A stretch of DNA of 64,000 bases, taken from Callorhinchus milii (lineage: Eukaryota). A program made the position numbers and the translations under genes. The stretch lies in assembly GCF_018977255.1 (NCBI RefSeq), contig NW_024704743.1, positions 55,120,001 to 55,184,000 on the forward strand, given 5' to 3'. Each line of letters starts with the position of its first letter. Position 1 is the stretch's first letter. Below the pieces are notes generated by a model. The model did not search any database and was not told the DNA's origin. It was given only the letters and a program-made list of their open reading frames with translations. This document shows positions 24,701 through 39,300 of the stretch, piece after piece.

Positions 24701-27700
24701 AAAGAGTGTACACGTTTTAAAATTAAGTACAATATTGCATGTGATAGCAAATGTAGCCAAGTTAATATTTATATATAACCCAAGATTTTCTAAAAGCTTT
24801 GAAATCACTTGATGCAGAATTAGTTTAAACCAAATTCTTACAAGCAATTGTTTCATCCAAAGGTTATTCCTAACTCTCCCATTCTCTTGTAGTCCTTGGG
24901 GATGTCTACAGCTCAAATGCCTCAAGGACATTTTTGGGTCACGCTTCCATGAGCCGTGAGTCTACGCACATCACTTTCTCCTCGATTTGGAATTTTACGA
25001 CACAAGTTTATCACATTATTGTTAAGCAGGTTAAAATATTAACCTCAATCATGTTTTGAATGTAGCAGCTACACTTTAGGATTATTAAGTGTAACACCCT
25101 TCGTCATTCTCTATCACTGTCAGCAATGGGCTTCATGCATCTCAGACTGGGATAAATATTTAGTATTTCCCAACAGCTGCTTTTGGATGCTGGTACTAGT
25201 TCAACAAAGTGTTTATATCTGTAACCTAGATGTTTAAAACCAATTACATACTAGAAGAGCTCTAAGGTGGTCTATGTCTAAATAAAATAGGATGCCTAAT
25301 TTAAAACGGCCACAAGAAAATCTCATGTTCTCCATAACATTTAATACCAGTTTAAAACAAACGTAACGATTGTAACTTAATCCATCAATGGCACATACAC
25401 AATAGAAGGAACAGTAGAAGAGCTATCTTGTACTGCACGTTCACTGTCATTTGTCACAAGATGCACAACTTAAGCATGATAGTTTAAGATAGATTAAGCG
25501 CGTAGCTTTGCTCCTGAAATCATGAGGCAGCAGTTTCAAGAACATTGCGAATAATAGTAGTTTAAATGTAGAGGGACCATTCTGATCCAGGTTCACTAAC
25601 CAAACTTCATTCAAGCAACAGATGCTCCGAGAAGTTTTCAAGAACTGTTTTTAATGTATGAAAGAGATGAGCATCACATTTAATGGACATTAGAAAATAT
25701 ACTCCAGATTTTGGGGTTCCGCACATTTTCAAGGTGCTTTCTCAGCCCCAATTTGGAGCAGAAAATACATGTCGGACTTCCTGCTTCTCATCACTGCTTC
25801 ACTCCCGGCAGGATAAACCCTGCAATAAATAGGACCACCACCACCTAACTGCTTAAACAGGGCAGTCATCAATATTTTTAAAACAAGTGTTTTTTNCTAA
25901 CTTTCACTTGCGCAAGCTACACACATATTGATAAAGGTGAAGTTGCAGTATCTAGGCGGCAGGCTATTTCCCTCTAAACATACAGCAAGACAGAAACAGA
26001 CTGTACTGATTGAAATCACAGGAAGTCTGATCCCCCAAAATGGGCTTTACATCGCCCATTTTGGGGGAAAAAACTAAACACAAGAAACAAACAGAGGAGT
26101 CGTCACCACCACCTGAGCTTAACTGGTTCGTTGCTGATTCATTCAATAAAATGCAGGCTGCAGTCATTTCAGTGACACATGTTCACTTCCAACAGGAAGC
26201 ATGTCCACTAACTAATTCAGGGATGGCCAAGGTGTGGCCCACATGACTACTCTAAGCATGTTGAATGCAGCACGGTGGCCATCCCTGACCTAACCTGTCA
26301 GTTCTTTTCATTATTATAAATTCCTCAATCAAGTTCTCTTGCTAACATTGAACTACAGTTTATTGTACATTTGGTGCAATGACATAGATAGCTGGTGGCT
26401 AGGGCTAGAGGGGGCTCAGCACCTCCCAAATTTATCTACAGCTCTCCTCTTTAATGGGAAACTTATAGCCAGTCCTTCAAGAAGCCCCCTCTTACCCCAC
26501 TCACACTTGACAGCCTGCTCGTCATGAGCTTCCTCTCCTTGGTCCTGCAAGCCAAGCCTGTCTTAAAGGGGGCCAACCTTTAACTGAGTTTTACTCAGCC
26601 CCCAACCCAAGAATATTTTCATCCGCTGCCTATGTTTAATAACCCTATTCCCGACACCTCAGTAGTATTATTACTATAAGATTTGGACGGTTCGCAGACT
26701 CGCAAGTGGATGAGATGAAACTTTACTCTGAGCCAGATCTGGGAGAACAGAATTTCTTGGAATTGCTGGCACTCCAAGCTTACATTCCATTGCAGATGCT
26801 TTAGTAATAACTGCATGTGAAATGAGTCTCATTGTAATTTGCTTTTGGGGGAATATTCAAGCAGCAGAATGGCAAGAGAACAAAAGGAGGGAACAATCTG
26901 AAGGCGGCCATCCGTTCTTCCAGCTTAAATATTTTGACTTATAAAATGCATCTCTGAGCAAGTTGAGCTGATAGTACTCGCGACAGTGCCTCGCCTGCCT
27001 GAGTCAGGTACCAGTGATTATGTTTAATTTCCTTCTATTCTGGAGTTGCTTCCTTCCACAGCATTTTACAGGCCATTAGCAACTATCAATTTATCATTAT
27101 GTTGTGGATTTTTTTTTCCTCGCACGAGAAACTTGCAGCCAGAAAATAATTTGGAACGCCACACCAGCCAGCATTCCACTACATTTCTTAAGACTCCAAA
27201 ATCCTCCCAAGATTTAGAAATACCTGGCAACATTAGCTGTGTTAAATCACTGCCATTTTGTTTCCATTCCATGCAAACTTTCGGGAAATGCTGACAATGG
27301 ATCAAAGGGGCATTAAAAGAGCATTTGGAATTTTTGGATTCACACGTAAAGTACAGTGCTCAGTCATGGATGTATTTACTCCAACCAAGACAGACCTTTT
27401 TGCATCGCTCTAAATTCAGCCAACCAAATCTGTGTTTTAGTCTTTTCCAGGTTTCAAAGACTACAAAGTAGATAAGGTAAGAAAATGTCCATCATTATTT
27501 AATGTATGAACATTTATTTTGCAGTTGTGTACGGAAGCCTCCCTGTTTAAGAGCTTTTAAGAGGGCATAGGCTGAGGGAACAGGAATAGAACAGTTCCTG
27601 GAAAACCTGGTTTATGACTCAGCCACATTCATATAAGATTCATATGATCTCATTGTATTCACTTTGAACATCTGCTCCTTGGCAGATTTAATAACTACTA

Positions 27701-27715
27701 ACTACTACTAATAAC

Positions 27716-28050
27716 TACAGTGCAGCCTCGTTATAACGTAGTGCTTGGGATCCATAAAATTCCATCCTATATTGTAGCGAGGCACGATAAGATGTTTTGA
27801 CTGCACGTGTTCTTAACTGATATGTACCCAACTGGCAACAACCAATTTCCACTGTAATGGCAAAAAAAAAGTCGGCTTCATCAGGTCACTGTAATGTCAA
27901 GTTGTTTTCTGCACATGTCCAAAATGGGAAGTGACATTCTACCAAATTGATGATCTGGTAGTCAGTCACCTGTTGTTTCTGTCTGAAACAGCCAACTTCC
28001 AGATCACTAGATCACTTCTCATATCACTTCCTCTTTTATGCATGTGCAGC
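27716..28050 (+). mobile_element. Possible Tigger/pogo-like DNA transposon relic
   Basis: TA|CAGTGCAGCCTCGTTATAACG resembles Tigger-type termini. Related ends occur at about 13356 and 2340. No clear right terminal inverted repeat. Confidence 0.45.
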
Positions 28051-30239
28051 AAAGAATTTCATTGCCCATGATTCATTGCAATTCCAATGCTTGCCGGTAA
28101 GTGCACATGTGGTGTCGCAACGCACTGAATCGTGAGAAACATTGTCTTGACCCATCTTGAACTGCATGCAAATTTACCCGCTGCAGTGACAAATTACCAC
28201 ACGCAAATTTACCAGCTGCATTGAATTACGCATGTGCAGTGTAGATTAGGATTAAATTGGATTTTATATGAGTTACATAAATTTGCCTCAAACTCGGACT
28301 TCACGTAAATCATATTAAATGTTATAACAATAATCTGGGGCTCTAAACTAGATCACATTTGAGGGACCTACGTACTATGCACACAAAATATGCAATGTTA
28401 CCTTTTTATGGATGACACATGTATATTTAATATGAGATTTTATTTTCATATATTTAAAACTACTTACAAACAAACATAAGGCATTTTAAAAGCACATTAA
28501 ATTGCAAATGACGATAAAAGTGGATAAAACTGTTTTCCAAGCCAAAATGTCACAAAAACACCAGCTCTATATGCTTCTTCCGATTGCAATAATCGTTTTC
28601 AGCTCATTGGTTCCGATGACATACGCGAATGCGCATGGATGTCTGACTCAGGCCTGGGCTGACTGTTTTACTACTGTTTTACAAATTATGTTGTCATTAA
28701 TTTTAGGTAATCTAATAATATGCCTGGCTAATTTTTCAAAACGATTTCCATATCCGGGGCCCATCAGATTGCAGGGCAGTAAATCATGGCTTAGTTGTTT
28801 TATTGATTAATTTGGCCCTGATAATAACCTTCGCATTTGATGTAGCACCTTTCACATGGGGAGGACAGCTCAAACCACTTCACAGGATTTACTATAAAGT
28901 GTGCATTTTGTAGGCAAAAACAGCAAGCAATTTCCAGGCCAATACCTAAGTAAGTTACGCAGATGTCCACTGTCGAAAAACACTTTGTAGCTAGCGGTGG
29001 TTTCACCAGCACTGGGATTTGCACCACTGGAGCATAAAGGACATTTACTAAGTTCTAATACACTAAAGACAATTATTGTTTTGTGTTAACTTTCTTTTGT
29101 TAAGGTTAAACAAACGAAAGGTAACCCAGAAGAACAAAATTGATCTTGATTTATGGATTCCACGTATTATTCTTGTTTTTTTTAAAAATGGAGTTAAGTT
29201 ACTTTCAGATCAAAAATTAAGAGTTCCTGCTTTGGATGTATCACCTGAATTTATGCAACATACAAATATCTCCAATAACACTACACTAAATTTCGGTCCT
29301 CATTTTCTTGAAGACTTCTGATAGCAAATTGACTGGAGCAGACATGGTACTTTAAGAACTTCCACACAGTTTGTGTAACCACATCCGTCATTCTGCACAT
29401 ATTGACAAGCTCTGCGTTCCTGGAAATCAGATTTGGTAAATCAAACACTAGAGGAAGGGCTGGTCGTACCTGGAACATTAACCAACTACAAGCTGACTGA
29501 TCCGTTCTGCATTTTAGCTCTATCATTTTTAATTTATCATCATCCCGTTCCTCAGTAAAGGCTGATATGAAGTATTCAATGGGCTTCAGATTCCAATACC
29601 TAAGTGATTAATTACAATTTCTGGCTTGCACATATCAGATTGCAAGAACTGCAAAACAGTGAATCACAAATCATGAGTTGACATGGTCTGAAAAGGGTGG
29701 AAGAGCAGAACAACAGGTAGACTTTACGCTACAGATCACATGATACTATTCGAAACAAGAAGGGAGTTTCTCCTGATGTCTTGGACAACTGTGCCCCAGA
29801 TAAAATTTGTCATTCATGGATGTTTGTGTGCAAATTGGTCGCCATGTTCACTTGCAAATACTCAGTTTCTTCACAGTATTTCACTTTACAGTAAAAATCG
29901 TGAATCGTGTGTACATGATAAGCCAATAGATCAATTGCGAGCGTTATTATTTCATGGCAGCATTTTGTTTGCCAGCCTTTGTTGATTTGAGATTATGCCT
30001 CAACCCAAAACGTCACAATTAACAACATTTCCAATGTCCCAAATTCCACCTTTCTAGTATTTTTTTTGAAATTTCCTACACATGTATTTGATAAACTGTC
30101 CATTATAATGGACTGAATATAATGAAAGAGACAAGGAAGATCACTTTGTAAATTAAGATCTCCCATGAAGAACATTTTTACAACTGGGTAAAACAAGTCT
30201 GCAGATCCCAACGTCTCTTCAGGTCCCAATCATCACCTA

Positions 30240-30545
30240 TTAATCCCTTTATGCCCTAGCACCTCCTTATGTCTCTGATTTTCTCCTACCCCACGTCTCT
30301 ACTCCTCCAGGGCTTGCTGCACAGTCCCCACCACTGATTTCACATTCTACACACCCAAACTCTGGAACTCCCTCCATCCTCCACCTCATCCCCTCCCTAG
30401 CTGTCTTTAAGTCCCACCTTAAAAGCTACATCTTTGACTGGTCACCACCCCCTTTACCCCTCTCATCTTGGCATTCAACCCGGTTTTCTGAGACATTATT
30501 TTTTGTAAAGTACTCCACATACTATATAAACGCAAGTTGTTGTTG
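30240..30545 (+). mobile_element. L2 LINE 3' fragment (degenerate)
   Basis: CCCAAACTCTGGAACTCCCTCC...TTTAAGTCCCACCTTAAAA and a tail ending TATATAAACGCAAGTTGTTGTTG. Confidence 0.7.
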
Positions 30546-30849
30546 TCTTGTCTTGGGAGCTAAACGTAACTTAAGCGTAATTAGGGGTCTATATTTTGTG
30601 ATGACATGTAGTCAAGAGCTCAGTCTGGATCAATTAAAATACTACATGCTTTGAAAGATGATTCTACAAATTTGAATAATGCATGTAGAAAGGGAACCTG
30701 TTTTAGTGTAATCCCTTAAAGACAATTCAGCTGCAATGTGCATTCAGAACTGTTGTAAAATGATACCTTCTAAAATACCCACAAATGTAAGCCCCCAAAC
30801 CGTAAGGAGATTAGACATGGGTTTAAGTTAGTGTCAACACTGAACACAA

Positions 30850-31305
30850 TACAAATTAACATTTATATAGCACCTTTCACAGTGGGAGGTCATCCCAAGT
30901 CGTTGGACAGTCCAATATTTGCACCCGAACTGAGGGTAGTGATTGAGGAGGTGGGTACCGAGGAGGAAAAGATGGCCGAAAGCATGGTCAAAGAAGGTTT
31001 TGAGGCAGGACGTGAAGGAGGCAAGGGAAGAGGTCATTTGAAGGGAGTTTGGGGATGGAGTTTCAGAGAGAGGGGGGAAATACATTGAAAGCCTGACTGC
31101 TCATTGTGGGATGAGTGAGGCGGGTCGATGACCCCTGAGCAGAGGGAGCGGGCAGGTTGGTAGGGTTTGGGGAGGTTACAGGTGGAGCAAAACCATGGAG
31201 GCATTTGAAGGTTATGACAAAGATCTTGAATTCAATCTTCTGGGGGATGGTGAGTCAATGAAACTATGCGAGGATGGGGGTGATAGGCTCATAGAGCCTA
31301 GTGTT
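30850..31305 (-). mobile_element. L2 LINE 3' fragment (degenerate)
   Basis: Reverse-complement similarity to 11330-11810 (GATCTTGAATTCAATCTTCTGGGGGATGG; tail CATTTATATAGCACCTTTCAC). Confidence 0.8.
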
Positions 31306-34300
31306 TAGTTAGCGCTGTTAAAGACGCAACAGCTTGCTGCTTTATAGCACCTCCAACTTAGCAGAAATGTCACAAAAACTTTCACTGAGCATAGTGAAAA
31401 AGAGAGAAAATTTGAAGGTACAAGTTTAAACTATCCTCAATCCATTTCCTAGGTAGATAAGGGCTCACTCCATAATTCATCAATCTCACTTGAAAAGGCT
31501 ACAGGATGAGTGATGTGCAAATGTCCTGTTGGTGCAATGAGTGAGGCTCTTGGGAGGTTGAGGCACAAATAATCGGCCCAGCACAGGGAGCTGGACTCTT
31601 CATCAAATAATAATGTACTCGACCCAGGTCCCATTTCCCAGCACTAACCACACTGATCTTGATGAGCACAAAAGCTTTGCTTTGTGAGCATAAAGAAGAT
31701 AAATAGGAAATATTTCTGCAAAGAAAACGTGAGCTGAATTCGAAGACAGGCTTGTAAAAATGAAGGAATCTACACTTCTGTCAGATCAATCAACATTGTG
31801 CGGTTTGGCAGTGGATCAGAACTCTGCTGGCTTCAGTCTAGAGGGTGGGCGTAAAAGCTTTGTAAAATCTGGTAAGCATGTGCTAAAACTGACCTATGCT
31901 TAGCTGCTTAGGGCACCAGACTTGAGACAGTAGGTAGATATGGACTGCGCAATGGTACATCTGCACAAACACACACTTAACATTCTGAAACTGAAAAGAA
32001 CCTCTGCACACATGGTGTGTGACACAGCCTGTGCATCTCTTCCCTTTGCACTCACATTGACACTCTGTATTCCTAAGAAAACACTGACACCCTTGGTTGG
32101 GCTGCTAAGACTCGAAACAGCAGGTAGATTTAACGCACGTTTGGCTAGGCTGTACTCACTGCAAACCATTTCCTCTGTAACTAAAGAACATGTGGTTCGT
32201 GACACGGGTCTTGCATTGTCGTTCACGCATAGCAACGGTTTTTCAAAGAAAACTGCTCCCCCTGCCTCCCTTTATCCTCACGCTTGCATGCAATGAAGGT
32301 GCACAGATTGACATTATTAAACACACCTCCTCACTGAGCGAGGCCAGGTAACCATAGCAACTAAACAAGTCGTATGAATTACCTGCCTTCAGTTCTTCAT
32401 TCACTTAAATAATAACATGCTCAAGCACAGCAAAGATTGGAGGTATGTTTTCTGAGGAATTACATTCAGGCCAGTACAGCTGGGCTGAAATACTTGTCAA
32501 GTGAAGAAACATGGTGCTGTTCCTGTTTGCAGATGGACCGCTACAGAAATTCTTTGTGTAGTGTGCCAAAACCCTTTACAAGACCTAATTCCACCCTGTC
32601 AGGGAGCAGCACAATATGAAATCCACTATCCCATTTATTAACCTCAGTTTATAACGTGGTGGATTTGCCCAGAGCTTCATTCCCAAAGGAAGTGAACAAC
32701 TGCCCAGGCTGGCAAAACTACCTTTGAACCTCCCATCCGTGTTAAAAGTCTGTGTACGGCAGCCAACTGATATTTCCTCTCAGTAAGAGAAATATGATAC
32801 GGTGGGTAAAACGTTTGTCACCATCATTTCCTGAGACAAGAGAAACTCAAAAACAATCTTGGGAAGAAAGGATGGTATTTGGCAACAGCTCTGCATTCCA
32901 GACTTGCTGGGGGTGGATCCATCATCAGCATAAGCAGTCCATGGTGAGATCAGGGAAAAGCATTTAAGGAGGATGGACATTCAGTTCACTGGAGCCCTGG
33001 AGTTCAAAGGGTTCACATATATTTGATCACGACTAGTTTCAACTCCCTACTATGGGCAAATGGGAATGATAACATTTGGAAAGAATGTAACTTTGTACTA
33101 TTTATTGTTGTTTTATTAAATCACCGGATAATTAAAAAACAATATTTGTCGTTAGTAACCAGAGCTGCTTCTGAATTAATTGCAATTACTTTTAAAAGCA
33201 CTATGAAACTATGAAGACATTAATACTGTCCAAAAGCATCTGGTAATGGAAGCCTTAAGTCAAGTGAAACTAGTTTGTATGGCAAGGACTACGTTTGTGA
33301 CATGGAGCATAAAGGGTTGCACTTTCCAAGTACATTTTGCAAACCAAAGCGATTGCCCTTGCTGAAACACCCACCACATTTTCAAGATAGTCACTTGCTT
33401 GTGAATGCCATTGGTAGGCAGGGACCACAATAAAACTAAGAGTAAGAATAGACACTGCCATCATAATCTTCTAATGCTGGAGCTAAACGCTCGAAGACAC
33501 TGCTCTACGTGATGAGCAGTACCTAAATGCAAGTTGTTGTTTTTGAAAATATTTCCTGTAGTTTTTCCCAATCCATCTATTCGACTCCTACAAACAAACC
33601 GTGTTATTAGGTCCCAGATCTCCTGCCAAGGCTTGAAAAAATATCCTAGATGGGGAAAAAACACAAACCCCATGCACTTATCATCTTCCCCATCAGTATT
33701 GTAGGAGATTAGGAACATGTGCTGAATCTCAGCAAAACAGTTGTCTACCTCCGATGACTCATATGCAGCCTAAAAGCTCTCCTGTCTCAGGCAACATAAA
33801 TACTACCTTAGTGTGTACTGAGGTCAAAGGTCCTGCCGGGATGTTCTGATGGAGCTGGCTATATCGAGGCAGGGACTCTTGATAGCTGAAGGGGGCCCTT
33901 GAGGAAGCCGGGAGAGGGAGGAGTCTTCCTCTTTAACTGAGCCCAGATAAGACACGCTGCAACAAACTAAACTGAAGCTAAACCTCAACCGTGCTTAGCT
34001 AAGATGAAAAACAAAGTCTAATCCAGCGTTGAAGCAAACTGGGAATGTGAAATTTGAATTTTTAATATTCCAGTTAAAAACGATGATACTTTATATTACG
34101 CAGCAACAGCCTAACGAGAGAATCACATTATCCAAAAGTTTCCTTTGCAAACTGTAGGCTTAAAGGGAGTTCAGTCAATTCAGTTTCCAGCCTTATATAA
34201 ACAGTAAAGCGAGTCAAAGGACAATGGCTCACTGACTTCTGGCGTGTATGAAGCAACTTCCTGTCTCATGTAAATACTGCTCTCTATACAACTCAGCCTG

Positions 34301-34861
34301 TTGATAATAAGCTGCTCGTTTCCGGAAACAAGACATCCTACAAAACAATATCATTGCAGTTTTCAGCTCAGATGCAAGTAAGCAATCTAATTCAATGTCA
34401 ATTTTCATTTTAAACGTTTCTGAATACATCAATCAGACAATCGCAGAACAGCACAAGGAAACATTTTTGACGACTGGACAACAGGCAGTAATGTATTTGT
34501 GCAGCAAGTTCAAATTACTCCAGGGCAGGATAATTGACTTAAGAGTAGTTACTGTGACTGACAGTGTGAGAGAGACCACAGTGCACAATTCCATTAACCC
34601 ATTGCTTCAAAAATGGCCTACATCTGTTTGGCTCCCTCAGCCTTTCAGGTACAGCAAAAATAGGCCAACAATGTCACCAGCGCCGTTCACTGAAACCAAA
34701 TGTATTTGTAAAAAAATCAAAAAATCCCACAAAACACACTTAACATCCTGTCTATACTATATGTAAATTCAGCTTCCATTCAACAAAAATGCACATTGTA
34801 AACATGCGCCAAATGATAAACGCAACAAAGATTTGTTAGTAAATAGTCAAAACAACTTCTA

Positions 34862-35145
34862 GATCTCTCTCTCTTTTCTCTTTTCTTCTCTCCCGCTCCA
34901 AATCCCATTCTTTTTCTCTCCTGTCCTCTCTCTTATTCTCTCTCCCTGCTCTCATTTTCTCTTTTCCTCCCTCCTTCTTTCCCATTCCTTCCCTCTTTTT
35001 CTCTCTCCCTCCCTCTTTTTCTCTCTCCCCCCCTGCCTCCCTCCCTCTTTTTCTCTCTCCCTCTCTCCCCCTCTCATTTCTCTCTTCCTCCCTCCTTCTT
35101 TCCCACTCCCTCGCTCTCTTTTTTTTGCTCTCCTCTCTCTCTCTT
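34862..35145. repeat. CT-rich polypyrimidine low-complexity tract
   Basis: Directly visible. Confidence 0.9.
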
Positions 35146-36744
35146 GGGAGAAGTTAAATGCAAAAGCACTGAAGGAATGCAATACAAATTGCAATCCAAT
35201 TGAAGACATTTTTCCACATTAATTCAACTTCAGTTTTAAGGCTTAGTTACAAATAATCATGACATGTTATTTGTAGTGCATAATCATCTCTTACATGGTG
35301 TCATGTTGTGCATTAAATGTCACTGGTAAAACAGGTCTGTAGCTTACGGCAAACAGTAATCTTTTCTGTTGCATATAAAATGGAACGAGTGCAGCAGATT
35401 ACCTACTTCTCATCACAAATAGAACCTCATTGATGTAATCTGGTACTTTTATAGTAGCTATGAATATTTCTTTTTAAAAAAAGGTCATCAAATAACCTTT
35501 AAAAAAAGGTCATCAATTATTAAATAACAATAAAAATAAATAAATTGGTCACTCAATCCACTGTTTTGTGGGCCACTGCAGTGTGCAATCAGCCGTTGCA
35601 TTTCACTTACAAAATATACTTTACAGTATATTCTGTGAAGCGCTTTGAGATGTCTTGGAAGACATAAGGCGCTATATCAAATGCAAGAAATATTATTATT
35701 ATCATCATCAAGGCCACTAAATAGACACATATCTTAAAAAGGTGCAGACACCATAATGAATTCTACTACACAAAATGGTAATCTTTAACATTTTGTTATA
35801 TTAAAAAAATCACATTTCTCTATGGCGCTCTCGGTCCCCTATCCCCAACATTTCCTCCTCTTAGATGCTGGTGTTATTCTTGCAATCCAGATAAAAAGAT
35901 GGCTCTTGAGGCAGAGCTGCAAACACTTTTTAACCACAGCTCCCGCGCTCTGTTTGAAGTCAAACTTTTAAATTGGACTTGTGGGGAGGGGTGGAGAGGG
36001 GGGCTTTCAAAATTAAAAAAAAAACCTCTAACGTGTAAATCTTAAAGAACAAACAGAAAGGCGGGAAAAACTCAGAGGCCAACTGTCACCTGAGAGAGAA
36101 AAATAGGTTAACGTTTCACAAGAGGAAACTCAAGTATAGGACAGAGAGAGCGAGTTAAGAAAGAGCACAAGAGGAATAAATTCAAATATAGTTAAATGCA
36201 CCAAGAGGCTGTGACTGGATTCTGAAAAGCTTTAATATAGTTTTTCGTGGCCAGCTGAATAACTGTGGTTTCTCGTGCTCAGTCGATCTACTCATTGCTC
36301 ATCCAACTCTAAGATTAATGAAGACTTTATTGCCATAACCCCCTGACTCTCCCACCCATAAACAGCTGTCACCTTGCTCAACCTTTTCTCCCAAATCAAA
36401 ATAACGTCATGTAACCTTTTCTATCCTGCAGAAGATGACTCAGAGGGGACCTCATAAAGTTTATAAAATTTTAAATGGAATTGAAAAAGTAAACCCAGAT
36501 CAATAGTTTAGAATGCAACAAGAATGAGAGGGCATGGGATTAATAATAATAATCCTTGCATTTGATATAGTACGTTTTCCGTCTTCTAGACATCTCAAAG
36601 GGCTTCACAGTAAATTGTAAGTGAATTGACTGTATATTTGTCGGCAAAACACAGCAGTCAATTCAGCACAGCAGTGTCCCACAAACAGTCGTGGATTGAG
36701 TGACCAAAATTATTTTTTTATATAAAACATTTCTTGAGGGATTA

Positions 36745-37127
36745 TTAGAGTTCCAGAGTGTGGGGGCAGAGAGGCTGAAAGCCTGGCCACCAATTGTAGG
36801 GCTGGTCGGGGGGTGGGGGCCTGGAGCAGGCCAGAGCCCGATGAGCCGATGGAGCGGGCAGGTTGGTAGGGAGTCAGCAGGTCAGAGAGGTAGGAGGGGG
36901 CAAGGCCATTGATGGCCTTAAAGGCGAGGACGAGGACCTTGAACTCGATCCTCTGGGGGATGGGGAGCCAGTGGAGTCGGGCGAGGGTGGGAGTGATGGG
37001 GTCGCAGAGCCTGGTGGGTGAGAGTACATGAACTGCAGAGGTTGGGATAATCTGCAGCTTGTGAAGGGAAGAGTTCGGAAGGCTGATGAAGAGGGAGTTC
37101 CCATAATCAAGCCTTGAGGTGACGAAT
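36745..37127 (-). mobile_element. L2 LINE fragment
   Basis: FVTSRLDYGNSL...LHWLPIPQRIEFKVLVLAFKAINGLAPSYLSDLL on the minus strand. Confidence 0.9.
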
Positions 37128-37164
37128 CTAAATCTTAAGATTGTTAAATGCCCAACAAATGACC

Positions 37165-37766
37165 ATCTTTCTTTGGGGGGCGGGGAGCAATCGGTGTCTC
37201 CTTGGAGCTGAACTGACTCCAAGGTGACATGCTTGGTAACAGAATGTTGGGATTGAGCCAGCACTCTGTGGAGGTCTCAGTAATCCGGTTCCTGAACCAG
37301 GTGGGTCCACAGTATTCCAGGGCACTACTGCTGACAGCATAGCCAGCCAGGCTCATCGGCAGGACTTGGAAGGCCAGACCAGTCACTGGAGATAGGGACT
37401 CTTTGCACTCAGCTCCTAATAACCCTGCAAGCCAAAGCCATAATGGATAGCACAGTCCTAGTTAGACAAGATTGCCAGACAGTGCTCTCAATGACAAGCT
37501 ATGAGGTTTTAGCTGGTTAAACTCCAGCAGTAGCCCAACATACACTCTGGGATCCCCAAGCTCTGCTCTTGCCAGTATATGCCTAATACACTCTGGAATT
37601 GGTTAAGCAGGATGCATCCCTCTTGGGAGAGATGCAATTCTCTTTCAGACATATGAAAATTACCAAGTGTAGGTGGCGGAGAATGTGGAACTGTACGTAT
37701 GGTTTGGATATTCTTGGTGATGGGTTAAGACATGTGTTAAGACACCCGGCTGAACAGCAAAAAAAA
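37165..37766 (+). repeat. Family B repeat copy
   Basis: Shares CTCCAAGGTGACATGCTTGG, GTATTCCAGGGCACT, TTTTAGCTGGTTAAACTCCAGCAGTA and GACACCCGGCTGA..(A)n with the other copies. Confidence 0.85.
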
Positions 37767-39300
37767 CATTAAGCTTCAATCTGATGCAAACCTGGTGCAG
37801 AACTGCATAACAAAGATATAAGGCTAAGTTGCCAACTGTCACTGGGTAAGAAATAACTGTAGCAGTGCCATGAAACCTCTAGGCACAGCTGATTAAACTA
37901 TTGAAAGCCATTTGCCACACATTCCTCTGACCTCCCCGCCCCCCATCCCACGCCTTGCATTTTTAATCTGTTCGGAACCACAGATTCATTTCTGTGAACC
38001 ATCTCATGTTCTGCAGCATTTTTAAAACAAAACAAATATTAAACATAGTTTGTCCCTTTAATGGCAATGCCTGCACTTTTTCCTATGATCTCTCTTTTGC
38101 CACCATTCTTGCCCTCAGCCCTCACCCTCATTGCCATCCCCACAGATCTCAGAAATCCCCTCAGAAACACACACCTAACTGTCAGCTCAAACCACTCTCA
38201 GCTATCAGATTGTTTCCACAGGAGCATACGCCCAGAGAAAAACTGTAGTACCATAGAAGTTTACGGCACAGAAGGCAGCCATTCAGCCCATCGTGTCTAT
38301 GCCAACTCCCTCAAGTCCAATCCTTTCAATCCCATTAACCTATCCTTAAGCGCTCTGAGACGTGTGAAGAGTGCTATATTCAAGTTGTTGCTGTTATTTC
38401 CCCTTACCCCTGAATCACCCTGACTCCACAGCCTGACACTGCACCAAAATCAACCTACAGGAAGCCCAGCGTCTGAGGAGGAAAACCACCTTGTCTGACA
38501 CTTGACAATGAAATACAGACAAGAAGCCACAATCAATCTTACTAATGATTATGAAATTTGACGCCTAACTGCCAAAAAGACATTCAGCCACAAAAAAAAC
38601 TATATTGCAATATACACTTTCCACTTGCTGCCCATGATGCTAGAGGCTTTCTACTCCATACAGATATCCTTATTCGCAACTTACTCTCTTTCTGCTGCAT
38701 CGGACTCATAAAGTGTTTTGATACTGGTCATCACTGAGTACCTCACCCAATAACCATTATGTGACTGAGCACCTTGACAGTGAATGAATAGGCTACTGGA
38801 CTGTGTGCGGCCTGAAGAGAAAAATCATCGCTGATACCAATACATCCGACATCCACACCCAAGCATCTTGCAGGAGGGGAAGGTCTATGAATAACAATGT
38901 TTAATCTTCCCAAACTCCAAGCGCTCTGAAACCAATTGCTCAGTTCAGCTAACTTAGCACAGGTGAAGATTCAAAGCCATGCACATTAAGTGCACTGCGA
39001 TACAAAATAACACTTAACTCACAGACAGTATACACTTAGCTAAAGGCGTTTTGTTTCACAATGCTAAGCTAAGTTTACAAGCAAGAGCTACAAATATACA
39101 TTGCAATACATGTCAGTACCTCAAGCCACAATTTATTAAAAGAAGTCTCCCAATGTATTCTGTCTCAAGTTTTATACTGTGAAGTTTAATTTTTGAAGGA
39201 AGAAAAATTTGAATGTGCAAATAAAATGAATAACCTGTCCGTTTCATTTTTCCTGAGAGATGTACCTTCCCCTAGGTTGTTCCCCAGGGTCTTGATAACT

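Noticed and set aside
34952..35209. Arg/Glu-rich ORF
   Set aside because: Translation of a GA-rich low-complexity tract.
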